A stretch of 64,000 nt of DNA from Mobula hypostoma (lineage: Eukaryota): contig NC_086100.1 of assembly GCF_963921235.1 (NCBI RefSeq), positions 123,504,001-123,568,000 of the forward strand, in the 5' to 3' direction. The notes under the pieces are model-generated. The model worked only from the letters and a program-made list of their open reading frames with translations, ran no database searches and was not told where the DNA came from. Each line of letters opens with the position of its first letter. Positions within the stretch are counted from its first letter, which is position 1. Of this stretch, positions 10,716 through 23,132 are shown piece by piece. The translations under genes and the position numbers were made by a program.

Positions 10716-13048
10716 TTTTAACTTAATCTTTTTATTGATTTAAAAGGAACATAAATACAAACAAGAGAATTATCTCAAATATACATATCAATAACAGTAC
10801 AAACGGAGATTGAAATAAACATTATCAAAATCATACATAGTGTTAAGCTAGTATGTAATATATAACAAAAAAGAAAACAGCAATTCTCTTCTTATCAGTT
10901 CGTGAAAAAGAAAAAACTTTGAATTTTAAATGAAGAAAAAAACCACTACACTATACAAAAAAAGGGACTGTGCAGTCCATTCTGAGGATACGACCAAAAA
11001 AAAAAGAAAGACTCTCTGATCAGATCTAAAACTTCGAAAAAAAATTGGAAGAGTAATAAACCAAATCAAATGAAAATATTGAATGAAAGGTCGCCAGATT
11101 TGCTCAAATTTAAAGGATGTATCAAATGTCCGACTTCTTATTTTCTCTAAACTTATACAGAACATAATGGAGGAAAGCCAATAAAAGACAGTAGGTGGAT
11201 TAGAATCCTTCCACTTCAGTAAAATGGCTACCCTAGCCAATAAAGTTGAAAAGGTTATCATACGTTGAGCAGAAACAACAATATTTCCTGGTCTCGATTG
11301 GGTAATCCCAAATATTGCCATTAAGTAAATTACTTTGTAGGTCCAGATCCAAGACTTTTGATAATGCTTTAAAAACATCTCTCCAAAAATTGTCTAGCTT
11401 TATACAAGACTAAAATATATGAGTTATATGACTATTACATCTGTCACAAAAAGGATTGATTTTGGAAAAAATATGTGCTAGTTTATCCTTTGACATATGG
11501 GCCCAATGCACTACCTTGAACTGGAATGATGGGTACAAATAGATGAATTATTAACCAAATGAAGAATTTTACTCCACTGATTATCTGAAAATGACTCTTG
11601 AACTTCCAATTCTCAAGCACGTTTAATTTTATCATTAGATATCATTCGTAAATTCAATATCCGTTTATAAATTATAGCTATCAACCCTTTTTGAAGTGGT
11701 TTAAGCTGAAAAAGTGCATCTGTCATATTAGGTGGATAAGCAGAAGGGTAATTTGGCAGCAAATCACATAAAAAATTCCTAATTTGTAAATATCTAAAGA
11801 AATGTACACTAGGTAAACCATACTTATCCACTAACTGAGAAAAAGACATTAAACAGTCCCGTAAAAACAAATCTGAAAAAGTTGTTATTCCCTTGGTTTT
11901 CCAAACTAAAAGGGTCTTATCCAAAATTGATGGTTTAAAAAAATAATTAAAATGGATATTACTAGAAAGAACAAAATTATTTAACTCAAAAAAATCTACG
12001 AACTGAAATCAAATTCTTAAAGTATGTTTAATAATAGGATTAAAGTTTTGTCTACTAGTCCTAGAAAACAACAAGGGAAGAGGAGCTCCCAGTAAAGAGG
12101 CCAAAAAGAACCCCTTCACCGAGTTTTCCTCCAAATCCAACCATGAAGGACATTCATGTAAGCCTGAGTAATGAATCCAAAAAGTAATACATCGAATATT
12201 AATTGCTCAATAATATACTCTAAAATTTGGTAAAGCCATAGCATCATCCTTTTTTAATTTCTGTAATAAAGGTTTACTCGATCTAGGATTTTTATTATTC
12301 CAAATATAAGATAAGATTATAGAATCTATTCTATCAAAAAACTTTTCAGGAACAAAGGTAGGAACTGCCTGAAATGTATATAAGGATTTCGGTAGAACTA
12401 TCATTTTAATAGCATTAATTCGACCTATTAATGATAACATTATAGGTGACCATTTAGAAAGCATTTGTTGGGTGTAATGAATTAATGGGAGAAAATTATA
12501 TTTATATAGGTCCTTAAAATTTTTAGTAATTTTAATACCAGGATAAGTAAAGTAATGTTTAACAATACTAAAAGGTACTTGATTATATTGATCTGACTAA
12601 TTATTAATGGGAAATAACTCACTTCTATATAAATTTAATTTATATCCAGAAAAACTACTGAATTCAGAAAATATAGATTACATAGAAGAAATAGATTTCC
12701 TAGGATCTGAAATATAAACTAATAGGTCATCTGCATACAATGAAACCTTGTGTACTTTGTCCCCTCTCTTAATACCCTGAGCAGTATTGGAATCTCTCAG
12801 AGCAATAGCAAGGGGTTCTAAAGCCAAGTTAAATAATAAAGGGCTAAGAGGACATCCCTGCTGAGTACCTCTATATAATCGAAAGTAAGGAGATTTTTGA
12901 TTATTAGTTATAACTGCAGCCATAGGAACTTGATAGATCAATTTGATCCAGGAAATAAATCCCGGACCAAAATTAAATCTTCCCGAAACCTCAAATAAGT
13001 AAAACCACTCTACCCTATCAAAAGCTTTCTCCTCATCAAGAGAAACAA
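10716..13048 (-). mobile_element. Second L1-family LINE, 5'-truncated, antisense inside the first
   Basis: 12-bp TSD GGATTTAAATTT (10704-10715, 13049-13060). RGTQQGCPLSPLLFNLALEPLA, SLYADDLL, GRINAIKMIVLPK; polyA signal and tail near 10716-10740. Confidence 0.92.
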
Positions 13049-14831
13049 GGATTTAAATTTAACTGATGTGTGGAGGGTGCATAATCCATCTGCTAAGGAT
13101 TCCTTCTTCTCCACAAGTCTTAAAACTTTCTTTTGGATAGATTACATTCTTATATCCTCCTTTGGTACACTCAATAGGAATTTCTGCCCAGACATTTATC
13201 TGTCATATCTACTTTTAATTATGACAAAATTAAAAATAAGGCTACCAGGTGGAGGTTTAACTCCACCCTTCTGAAAAACGACGAATTTCTATCACAACTG
13301 AGAACAAAACTGACAGAATTTATAAATTTAAATAAAAATAGTGTCTCGGATGTGACAGTGATTTGGGCCTCCTTCAAGGGTTTCTTACGAAATAATGCCA
13401 TATGGTTCAGTTCTCACCTACATAAAAGCCGGCTTCAAAAGATTTCCACCTTAGAAGAACAATGTAAGGTTTTGGAAAATGATCTCAAAAGGAGATACAC
13501 CATTACAAAAGAAAATGAGCTCAAAACAAAACAAGCAGAATTAAATGATTTATTAAGAAGCAGGGCAGAATATATGAACCATATAACCAAACATAAGTAT
13601 TATGCAGAAGGCAGCAGACCGAGCCATCTTTTAGCTCTAACTCTCAAACAACAGGAAACTAGAAGGTCCATACCAGTGATTAGATGTGCTAAATGTGGAG
13701 TAGTATCTTCAACAGAGGAAGTAAACGAGACATTCAAGAATTACTTTGAAGAATTGTATACAAGTGGCTCAGTTCCTTCTGAGAATGACTTCACAGATTT
13801 TTTTTAGTGGATTAGACCTCCCTACATTGTCATTAGAGGACACCAAAACTCTAGACTCTCCCATTACACTTAAAGCAGTCAAAGCTACCAATAAGGGCTG
13901 TACGCCAGGTATAGATGGCATACCTGCAGAACTTTACCTAGCACTTTGGGATGTTCTTGGACCAGTATGGTTAGAAACATTAAATTATGCTGTCGGAAAT
14001 GGCGCTTTCCATAGAGATCTAAACACAGCCCTGATCACAGTTATACCTAAGCCCGGTAAGGACCCCTTGGAGTGTACCAATCACCGTCCAATCTCCTTGA
14101 TAAATGCCGACCTCAAGATATTTTCCAAAGTCTTAGCCAGTAGACTTGAGACAGTAGTTGGGAAAATAATTAGCCCGGATCAAACGGGCTTTATTAAGGG
14201 GCGTCTCACATCTGATAATATTCGCCGGCTCTTACACATACTGAGTGCAACACATAAAATCCCACCTGCCTGTGGCCTGCTATTTCTAGATGCTGAAAAA
14301 GCATTTGATCACCTTGAATGGCCATATTTTTGGAGAGTTCTAAAAGAAATTTAAGTTCAGCGATAAATTTATCAATATGATTCAAACACTGTATGCTAAT
14401 CCTTCAGCCCGGGTACGTGTGGGAGGAGGTTTCTCAGAGTTATTTGGCATAGACGGGGCACACGACAAGGGGACCCTTTGTCTCCTATAATTTTTACTAT
14501 ATCTGTTGAACCGCTTGCACATTTAATTAGAAACTCTCCTCAGATCTCCCCTATTACAATAGATACGACATCACATTCAATATCACTTTACGGGGACGAC
14601 ACGCTAGTTTATATAGCAAATGTTCAACAAACTCTCCCTATGTTTTAAAAACACTGGAGCAATTTGGATTTCTTTCAGGATACTAAGTTAATTTGTCAAA
14701 ATCAGCACTGATGCCAATTAATACAGATAAAAATAAGGTGTCTCTCCCTCCCCAGATTAAGGTTACAAATGAGGTCCTCTATTTGGGTATTAAAGTTAAT
14801 ACCTCCCTATCATCTGTGGCTAAAACAAATT

Positions 14832-15433
14832 AGATTATGAAGACATGTAGTCCTCTTTTATTGTCATTTAGTAATGCATGCATTAAGAAATGATACATTA
14901 TTTCCTCCGGTGTGCTATCACAAAACGCAGGACAGACCAAGACTGAAAAAACTGACAAAACCACATAATTATAACATATAGTTACAAACAGTGCAACAAT
15001 ACCATAACTTGATGAAGAAGTCCATGAGCACAGTAAAGTTCAAAGTTTCTCAAATGTCCCACATCGCACACAGACGGGAGAAGGAAGAAAAACTCTCCCT
15101 GCCATGCTGGCCGCAATTCGACTCTGAGTCATCTGAAAACTTCGAGCTCTGATCAGCTGTCCAACACCGAGTACTGAGCGCCATCTCTGTCTGAACGATT
15201 CGACCTCCTTCTCGGTCGCCAAAAGCAGGCAAGGCCAGGGATTTTGAGGCCTACCCTCCAAAACGACAGTAGCGAACGAGCGTTTCAGGAATTTCTCTAG
15301 ATGTTCCTCTTTGCTTTCACGTCCATTCTCCATCAAATCAGAATTGTCAACGGCCCCTATTTAACAGATACGATATCATTTTTCACCGGAGGGCTGTGCA
15401 CACGCAGGCGCACCGCCATCTTCTCCTCCCGCC
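14832..15433 (-). mobile_element. Non-autonomous retroelement, same family as 8802-9485
   Basis: Reverse-complement homology at both ends; interrupts the L1 reading frame between AKTN and SLILKKIEEDIKRW. Confidence 0.8.
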
Positions 15434-15676
15434 TCTTTAATTTTGAAAAAAATAGAAGAAGATATTAAGAGATGGAGACACCTGCCAGCATCAGTCCCGG
15501 CCCGTATTATCGGTCATTAAAATGAAAATCTTAACCCGCATTAATTTTATCAGCTCAATGATCCTACTTGCGCCTCCAGCAGGATATTGCCAAAAACTAG
15601 ACTCCTTACTACGATCAACACACACAAAAAATGCTGGTGAACGCAGCAGGCCAGGCGGCATCTATAGGAAGAGGTA

Positions 15677-15712
15677 CAGTCGACGTTCCAGGCCAAGACC
15701 CTTCATCAGGAC
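15677..15712 (-). ncRNA. Minimal type I hammerhead ribozyme motif (GAAA mutated to GGAA)
   Basis: Minus strand GTC-CTGATGA-AGGGTCTTGGCCT-GGAAC-GTC-GACTG; stem I GUC/GAC is present. Confidence 0.6.
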
Positions 15713-15747
15713 ATCTGACGAAGGTTCTCGGCCCGAAACGTCGACTG
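15713..15747 (+). ncRNA. Minimal type I hammerhead ribozyme motif
   Basis: CTGACGA-AGGTTCTCGGCCC-GAAAC-GTC-GACTG; the 5' strand of stem I is truncated at the inversion junction. Confidence 0.65.
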
Positions 15748-17331
15748 TACCTCTTCCTATAGATGCTGCCTGGCTGCTGCGTTCACCAGCATTTTTTGTG
15801 TGTGTTGCCTGAAATTCCAGCATCTGCAGATTTCCTCGTGTTTGCGTCCTTACTACGATGCTATGTTTGGAACGGTAAACAACCCAATATAAAGTGGTCA
15901 GCTCTACAATTCATATAGTCGGATGGGTGATTGGCATGTCCAAATTTTAAATTGTATCACTGGGCATTTGTATTAAAAAGTCTTAGTTATTGGATGGAGG
16001 AGGATAAAGTTTCGTCATGGAAAAATATAGAACAAGAGCTAATAGCACCAATAAGGTTGAAGGACTTTCTCCTTATAGGTATGTCTACCAAAAAATATGA
16101 TTTGTATTATGGTCCAATTTTAACCCATATGCTACAAGTCTTTAGAGCAGCAGAAAAATTCCTAAAATTTAAAAGCGTATGGTGCAAATCATCTCCATTA
16201 TGGAACAATAATCATCTTCTAGCTGGGGGGAAACCATTCACTAACAGAATTTGGGAGGATAAAGGTATTACTACTCCCCAAGATATTAATGGGGCAAGTA
16301 CTATCTTTAGCTTTCAAGAACTGGTATCTCGATATAATATTGATAAACACTCTCTTTTCTTCTACTTTAGAGAAAGATCAGATTGTAAAGCCTACGAGTT
16401 CCCTAGGGGTCAGATTTAAAAGACCATCCCATTTTAAGCTGGATACAGAGTGCTCCAGGATAGATAGTGTCATATATCTATGATAAATTAAACTTCCAGA
16501 AATATATGCCCACACCAGGAATGAAAGCCTGGGATAGGGACGTATCTGAATTGGGACAAGACTTAGACTGGGATACAATTTGGGATAATGTTGCCAGTGC
16601 TTCGAAAAACCCAAATCATCAGTATATACACTTGAAATTTTGTCATAGAGCATATTTAACACCGAGAATTAGACATCAAATGGGATTGGTTCCTGACCCA
16701 CATTGCTCATTTTTCCCCTACAGAACCGTTGGCTCTTTTATGCATGTTGTATGGGAATGTCCAGGGGTTTTTGGTTTGTGGGGGAAGGTTATCAGTACTC
16801 TTACAGAACTAACGAGGGTACAATTACCAATGAACACCACTGTACATCTTCTAAATGATGACTCCCACCTTTCCCTTAAGGAAAAAACACGCAAAGTCTG
16901 GCTGGCAGGCCTGACTGCAGCTAAGAAGATTGCAGTCCAGCGTTGGAAATCTCCCCATGATATTTCAAATACTCACTGGCTTCAGAGCTTTTTGGACATT
17001 TCTTATCTGGAACTTTCATCAGCAAGAATAAATGATGCACGAACAAACACAGTCTTAATGTGGACAAATTTGATATCTAACTTAAAAGATCTTCTGTTAA
17101 AATAGGAGTGCTCTGTCTGTGTATGAACTACTATTCTGTTGGGTGGTGGAGGGGAGAGAGATAGTGGGGGGTGGAGGGGCGGAGAGGGAGATGGGGATGA
17201 AGAGGAGGTGGAGGGGGTTGGTGATGAAGGTTGGGGGGTGGCTAGGTTAAACAGTCAAAATGTAATCAGCAACTGGTTGTATTGAATGTAATTTGTTGGT
17301 GTTGCAATAAAAAATTAGTGATAAAAAAATT

Positions 17332-18215
17332 AGCAGATTTTAAGAGTTTACTACAGTTAAAACTGCAGGTGACACAAAACTTGATAGTTGTGAATTGTAA
17401 GGAAGGTTGTCAAGGTGTAGGGCAGCATATAGATGAGTTGGAAATATGGCTAGAGAAATAGCTGATACAATTTCAGCCAGACAAATGTCCGGTGTCGCAC
17501 TTTGTGAGGTCAAACGTAAGAGAAAAGCACACAGCATCAATGTACAAAGTGATATTGCATGCAAGTCCATAGCTTCCTGGAAGGAGCAACACAAGTAGAT
17601 AAAGTGGTAAAGAAAGTGAACACCATACTTGCTTTTATTAGTCAAGGCGTAGAAAAGAAGGAAGTCATGTTGTAGCTGTGTACAATTTTAGGTAGACCAC
17701 GTTTAGAGTGTCACGTGCAGTTCTGGTTATCGCATTACAGGAAGGATATGGAAGCTTTGGAGGGGATCCAAAAGAAGCTCAGCAAGAGATTGTCTGGATT
17801 AGAGAGTGTTATTTACAAAGAGAGATTGGACAAATTTACACTGTTTTCCCCGAAACGTCAGAGGTTGACGGGCAACCTGACTGAAGAAAATGATAACATC
17901 AGAGACAGAGATAATGCAGTTACTCAGAGCAGAAATATCAAATACTTGAGAGCTTAGATTTAGGGAGAGTGAAGGAAAACTCAAAGGGGATTTGAGAAGG
18001 AAGTTTTTTTACACTGAGAACGGTAGGTGCTTGGAATGGATTGTCAGGGGAGATGGTGGAAATAGATACAAATATAACATTTTAGAGACCTTTAGGCAAC
18101 CACATGAACAGCCTGTGGACAGAAGGATATTGGCCATGGATCAGTTCAAATTGGCACCATGGTCAGGACAGACATCACTGAGCAAAGTTTCTGTTCCCAT
18201 GCTGTACTATTCTAA
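17332..18215 (+). mobile_element. Old CR1 3' fragment; 17332-17986 is the right copy of the long duplication
   Basis: Continues into RRKFFYTENGRCLE and the CR1 tail CTGTACTATTCTA. Confidence 0.85.
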
Positions 18216-18819
18216 GTCCTCTGAGGCCACAGGCACAAGGATCTGAGTAAAGTGAAGATAAAGAGGCAGACAACTGGAAGTTCAGCATCACTCTTGTGGA
18301 TTGAACCTGAGTGCCCCACAAAGCCATCACCCAAACCGGGTTTGGTTTCTCCATTGTAAAGACCAGTCGTGAACACTAACTGCAGTAGACTAGAGACGCA
18401 GAAGAGCATGTGAACCACTGCTTCACCTGGAATGATTGTGTTCCTGCACGTAACGAAGGCAAGTAGTGATGTGAGAACAACCCAATACAGTAGAATACTC
18501 AAAACCTACCAAATAAGGTTGGCTTTAGCATTTATAATGGGTGTGTTCTACATTTAGAAACCGTCTTCAGGCAATTGAATGTAAAAGAAGCGCAAAAGAA
18601 ATGCAAACTTGAAACTGTTTTCTACTTCCTTCTAACATAAAGTAACATTACTGAGCAGAAGTCATGGTGATGGAAACAATTTCTACAAAATGAGGCAATA
18701 TATTAAATGAGACACTAGTGTTAGACAGAAAATGTGATTTATGCTCCAATTGCTCTCTAAGCTGAACCTTTTGGCATATCTTTCATCCAGCTGATAGAAC
18801 TACGTGAGTCACAATTACT

Positions 18820-20720
18820 CAAAGCACAAGTAGGCCATTTGGCACTGTAAGTTTTTGATTTTGTTCCACAATTCAATATTATCAAGGCTGATTACCTATT
18901 GATATATCATATTTCTGCTATCTCCCATGCTTCTTGAAATCTTTTCCATCTAGAGACCATCTTTTGCCTTTTTAAATGTATTCAGCAACCTGGTATTACA
19001 GCCCTCAGAAGTAGCGAATTCCAAAGGTTCAGTAAAGCCCCCTGTTCTGAGACAGCAGTACCTCGTTCTGAACACCCCCGCCAGTGTAAACATCACCTTC
19101 TCACCCAGTCTGTTTAGCCCTGACAAAATTTTATATCTTGGTTCGGTCCTTCCTCACTTCTTTTAAACTCATGTGAATACAAAGCTAGTTGACTTAATCT
19201 CCCCTCATCAGCCCTGCCATCTCAGTCATGTAAGTCTTCAGTGCACTCCCTCTCATAGCAAGTGTATAATTCTCAAATTAGACCAAAACAGTTCTCCAGG
19301 CATGGGTTCATTAAGCCTCTTGTCACATTTAGAATCAGAATCAGGTTTCATATCATCGGCATATGTCGTGAAATTTGTTAACTTTGCATCAGCTGTACAT
19401 GATAAATAAATATAGGGAAAAAAACTGAATTACAAGAAGTATGTATATGTATATTAAATAGTTCAATTAAAATAAACAGTGCAAAAACAGAAATTTAAAA
19501 AGTAGTGAGATAGTGTTCAAGGGTTCAATGTCCATTTAGAAATCAGATGGCAGAGGGGAAGAAGCTGTTCCTCGATCACTGAATGTGTACCTTTAGGCTC
19601 CTGTACCTCCTTCCTGATGGTAACAATGAGAAGAGCGTATGTCCTGGGTGGTGGAGGTCCTTAATGATGGACGCCACTTTTCTGAGGCACCACTCCTTGA
19701 AGATATTTTAGGATACTATGGAAGCTAGTACCCATGATGGAGCTGACTTATTTTACAACTTTCTGTAGCTTACTTCGATCCTGTGCCGTGGCCATCCGCA
19801 CCCCCAGCCCATACCAGATGGAGATGCAGCCAGTCAGGATGCCCTCCACAGTATATCTGTAGAAGTTTTTGAATGCTGTGCTGTGTTTTTGTTCACTTAC
19901 TCAATGCAACTATGTAACCTTGAAATCTTTTTGCATTCTCCTCATGATTTACAATCGCACCCAGCTTAATGTCAACAAACATCAAAATATTACCCTTTGT
20001 TCACACACGTACATACAGTATACTGTATGTTACTGTGAGTCCCAAGCACCAGTCCCGACACTTCCCCATCAGCCCCACCTGCCACCACACTAACAACCCA
20101 TTTATTCCTACTTTGTTTCAGGGCAGTCAACCATATGTTTTACACATGAAACTTTTATAAGGAAATTCCTGGAAATCTCAAGTACACCACGTGCACTCAT
20201 TTTCACTGATCAATTTTGACAGCTACATCTGCAAACATGTCCAGTGGGTTTGTAAATCATAATTTTCTTTCAGAAAACATTGTCTAGTCCCATTAAGATT
20301 TCACACGTGTCCTGTTAACGCATCCCTTAACCTTTACCTTTTCTCTGCTCAGGCTAATTTGTTTTCTGCATTCTCCCACTCTTTTTTTCAAAGTAGTCAA
20401 TTATATTTGTCACACTCCAATCTGTGGAAACTTCTGGAAAATGGAAACCAGTGTAGTCTTTATTTGCACAGCTAACTTCTCTTGTACTCTGGGGTACAAA
20501 ACATCAGACCATGGGGTTTGTTGATTTTCAGTGCCATTAATGTCTCCAGCACTATATTGTCTTACTGACACAATTTTCTTTAGTTCATCACTTTCATTAT
20601 TAGATGCTTACTCATATCACCTTCTGTGGAGCAGACTCAAAGTGTTTGTCTAATTGGTCTGCCATTTCCCTCTTTACAATATGAATTTTCCCTTTCCTTT
20701 GGCCTTGTGGAGTTGAATAT
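18820..20720 (-). mobile_element. Highly degraded CR1 fragments (interrupted by Rex1)
   Basis: Reverse-complement similarity to CR1 3'UTR and RT nucleotide motifs; no ORF. Confidence 0.45.
19330..19870 (-). mobile_element. Rex1/Babar LINE 3' end
   Basis: AGAATCAGAATCAGG tail; GAAGCTGTTCC..GTACCTCCTTCCTGATGG is the reverse of the LLPSGRRY..NSFFP region. Confidence 0.8.
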
Positions 20721-20729
20721 GGGAAGAAA

Positions 20730-21578
20730 GATCCAAAGGTTCATTTTATTGTCAAAGTATGCATGTACAATACAACTCTGATATCTGTCTTCTCCAGATA
20801 GCCATGAAATACCATGGGTGTTGGTGAAAGAAAAAACATCAACTACCCCCACCCCCCAGCATGAAAAAGAAAAAGAAAGAAACCCCCAAATTCTCTGCCC
20901 CTCCCCCTCAGAAAAAAACACTTACAGTAGCATCAAGTCCCTGACCCCCTCACTAGCAGAAAAGAACAGCGACAATAACAATCTCCGACTCCTCGCTCGC
21001 AGAAAAGAATAGCAACCGTAGCATCAAAACCCCCAACCCTTCTCTACAAAAAATTAACAGATCATCCACCTGCCAATTGGCCACAAGAAAAAAAACACTG
21101 AAAAACTGAAGGAGGCCAGTATAAAATACAGCCCAATCACATAAATCTCGGAATATTAAAAATTCTTTCCATTAGCATACGAGGGCAGTAGCCGCACCAA
21201 CTCAGTCCTTCTGTGAAGAGTGACCACCGGACTGGGTCCGAGCACTGCCAATCTGGCTGCTGACCCCCTCCGCATTCACCTCGATGCTTCAGTCTTCCTC
21301 GCCACTCATGACCCCATGCCCTGTCTCTGGTCTTTTCCACAGGTCAGCTCGTGTTCTCAGTCCTTTTTGGGACTCCGTCTCTGATCTTCTCCACGAGGCA
21401 ATCTTCCAGGCTCAGTAGAGCTCTAGGTCATTCACTTGAGCTCCAACAGTTTACGTAACACAAGCAAGACAAAATGAACAGGCAGAAGACATAGAAAAAG
21501 TGAAATAATTTAAGAAATTTGCTATCTGAAAGATGTCGCCTAAGGGACTGTTGTTCGCTGGCGCTACCTTGACTGGAA
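20730..21578 (-). mobile_element. Non-autonomous non-LTR retroelement (putative)
   Basis: Minus strand begins CTTCCAGTCAAGGTAGCGCC and ends GACAATAAAATGAACCTTTG; T-rich body, no ORF. Confidence 0.5.
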
Positions 21579-21674
21579 GAAGGCAACAGATAAAGTAGAA
21601 ACTAGTCGTATAACAGCCAAACCTTCAGTTCACACCTCCAGAAACTATGGCTTATTCCTGACCTCTGGTGAATC

Positions 21675-22220
21675 GAATCATACGGACAGAAATAGGTCTC
21701 GCTCACATTGTCCATGCCCATATATGGTAATCACATTTGCCTTTTAGGCCAGCATTCCTCAAATCCTTTCCTATCTAGGCACCCGTACGAATTCATTTTA
21801 AATGTTCTAATTGTACCTGCTTCTACCAACTCCCTGGTAGGTCTTTCCAGAAAATCACCGGAATCTGAAAAGCATACCTTTCTGATCTTTCCTCTCACAT
21901 TAAACCTGTGCCCTCTGGTTCTAGGCACCCTGCCCTGGGAAAAAGACTGCTATTCCAAACTCTACCTTCCCCCCTACCCCACATAATTTTATAAACCTCT
22001 ATAGGATCATCCCTCAGCCTTCTACTGTATATTCCAGGGAGAAAAAACAAACTTACCCCAGTCAATCATTCGTTGCAACTATAACCTGGCATTCCAGACA
22101 GTATTCTAGTAAATGTCTTCTGCACTCCCTCTTCTCTCCTACCACATCATGTCATGTGACAACTAGAGCTGTACACAATATGCCAAATACAGTATAACTT
22201 ACGTTTTGTACAGTTGCAAC
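21675..22220 (-). mobile_element. CR1 3' fragment
   Basis: MPRTRGHRFNVRG..VEAGTIRTFK. Confidence 0.75.
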
Positions 22221-22460
22221 ATAACGTCCAGCAAATAAGAACTCTGTTTCCCTCTGCACATGATCCACATGCTTGCACATTCTTCCCATTACTGAGTGGC
22301 TTTCTGCTGAATGCCGTGGTTTCCTACTACTGTAAATCCCAGAGATTAATTGATCACCATTGGTTACTCCTTAGAGGAGGTAAATGGGAACAAGAACCAA
22401 AGGGGAGTTGCTGGACGTGAGAGAAATATGTGTCACTGGAAAATAAAGAGAGGGTATTAG

Positions 22461-22895
22461 CAGGGGTGCAGTGCTAGCTGGAGCACACCAGAGCATGTCC
22501 AGCACCTCTTTAAGAAAAAAGCCAAAATAAACAAGCTAGTTACTCAGGTGCCACCCAGGGTGAGTTGAGTATCTCAGAAACTGCTGATCTCCTGGGATTT
22601 TTACGTACAACAGACTCTGGAGTTTACAAAGAATGGTGCCAAAAACAAAAAAATAACCAGCAAGTGGCTGTTCTGTGAGTGAAAACATCTTGTTAAATCC
22701 ACTCACTTTATGTGTTTTTGTTTTTGGCACCATTCTTTGTAAACTCCAGAGTCTGTTGTGCGTAAAAATCCCAGGAGATCAACAGTTTCTGAGATACTCA
22801 AATCACCCTGGGCGGCACCTAATTAATTAGCTTGTTTATTTCGGCTTTTTTCTTAAAGAGGTGCCAGACGCGCTCCGGCTAGTACTGCAGCCCTG
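22461..22895. mobile_element. hAT-type palindromic MITE carrying a Tc1 transposase fragment in both arms
   Basis: 8-bp TSD GGTATTAG (22453-22460, 22896-22903), CAGGG termini, arms of ~190 bp; LSISETADLLGF..VYKEWC encoded in the arms. Confidence 0.88.
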
Positions 22896-22903
22896 GGTAT
22901 TAG

Positions 22904-23132
22904 ACCATAAAACTCCACCATGGACACTCCTAGGCCATTGGTCTAGCAACCCCACCCCATAAAAGCCCAGAGCTATAGAAACACCAGCAGCAACTCCAAA
23001 GACCTCATACCTGGGAGAGAAAGGATCTTTGAAGATGGGCTACTCCTGGGAACAACTTGAAAGAGTGGCCTAGGGCAGATGACTAGCAAGCTGCTGTTGG
23101 CAGCCTATGCCCCAGTAGGGGTAACAGGAGAA
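22904..23132 (+). mobile_element. Non-autonomous RTE-like retroposon, 3' part (host of the MITE)
   Basis: GYSWEQLERVA..AAVGSLCPSRG resembles RTE-clade ORF ends. Confidence 0.45.

Larger units (their letters stand above)
15616..15846. mobile_element. 231-bp palindromic Penelope-type non-autonomous insert with two hammerhead cores
   Basis: 13-bp TSD TCCTTACTACGAT (15603-15615, 15847-15859). Inverted arms 15616-15709 and 15715-15807. Confidence 0.85.
10281..17331 (+). mobile_element. L1-clade LINE ORF2 (EN-RT-CCHC), 5'-truncated, with nested insertions
   Basis: Starts at endonuclease DIALLQETHL. RT motifs RPISLINADLKIFSKVLASRL, DQTGFIKGR, LDAEKAFD, GTRQGDPLSP; C-terminal HVVWECP; G-rich 3'UTR, AATAAA and A-rich tail. 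Confidence 0.92.

Noticed and set aside
18212-18505. Hydrophobic minus-strand ORF as an exon
   Set aside because: Splice signals are weak and I recognise no homology; unsupported.
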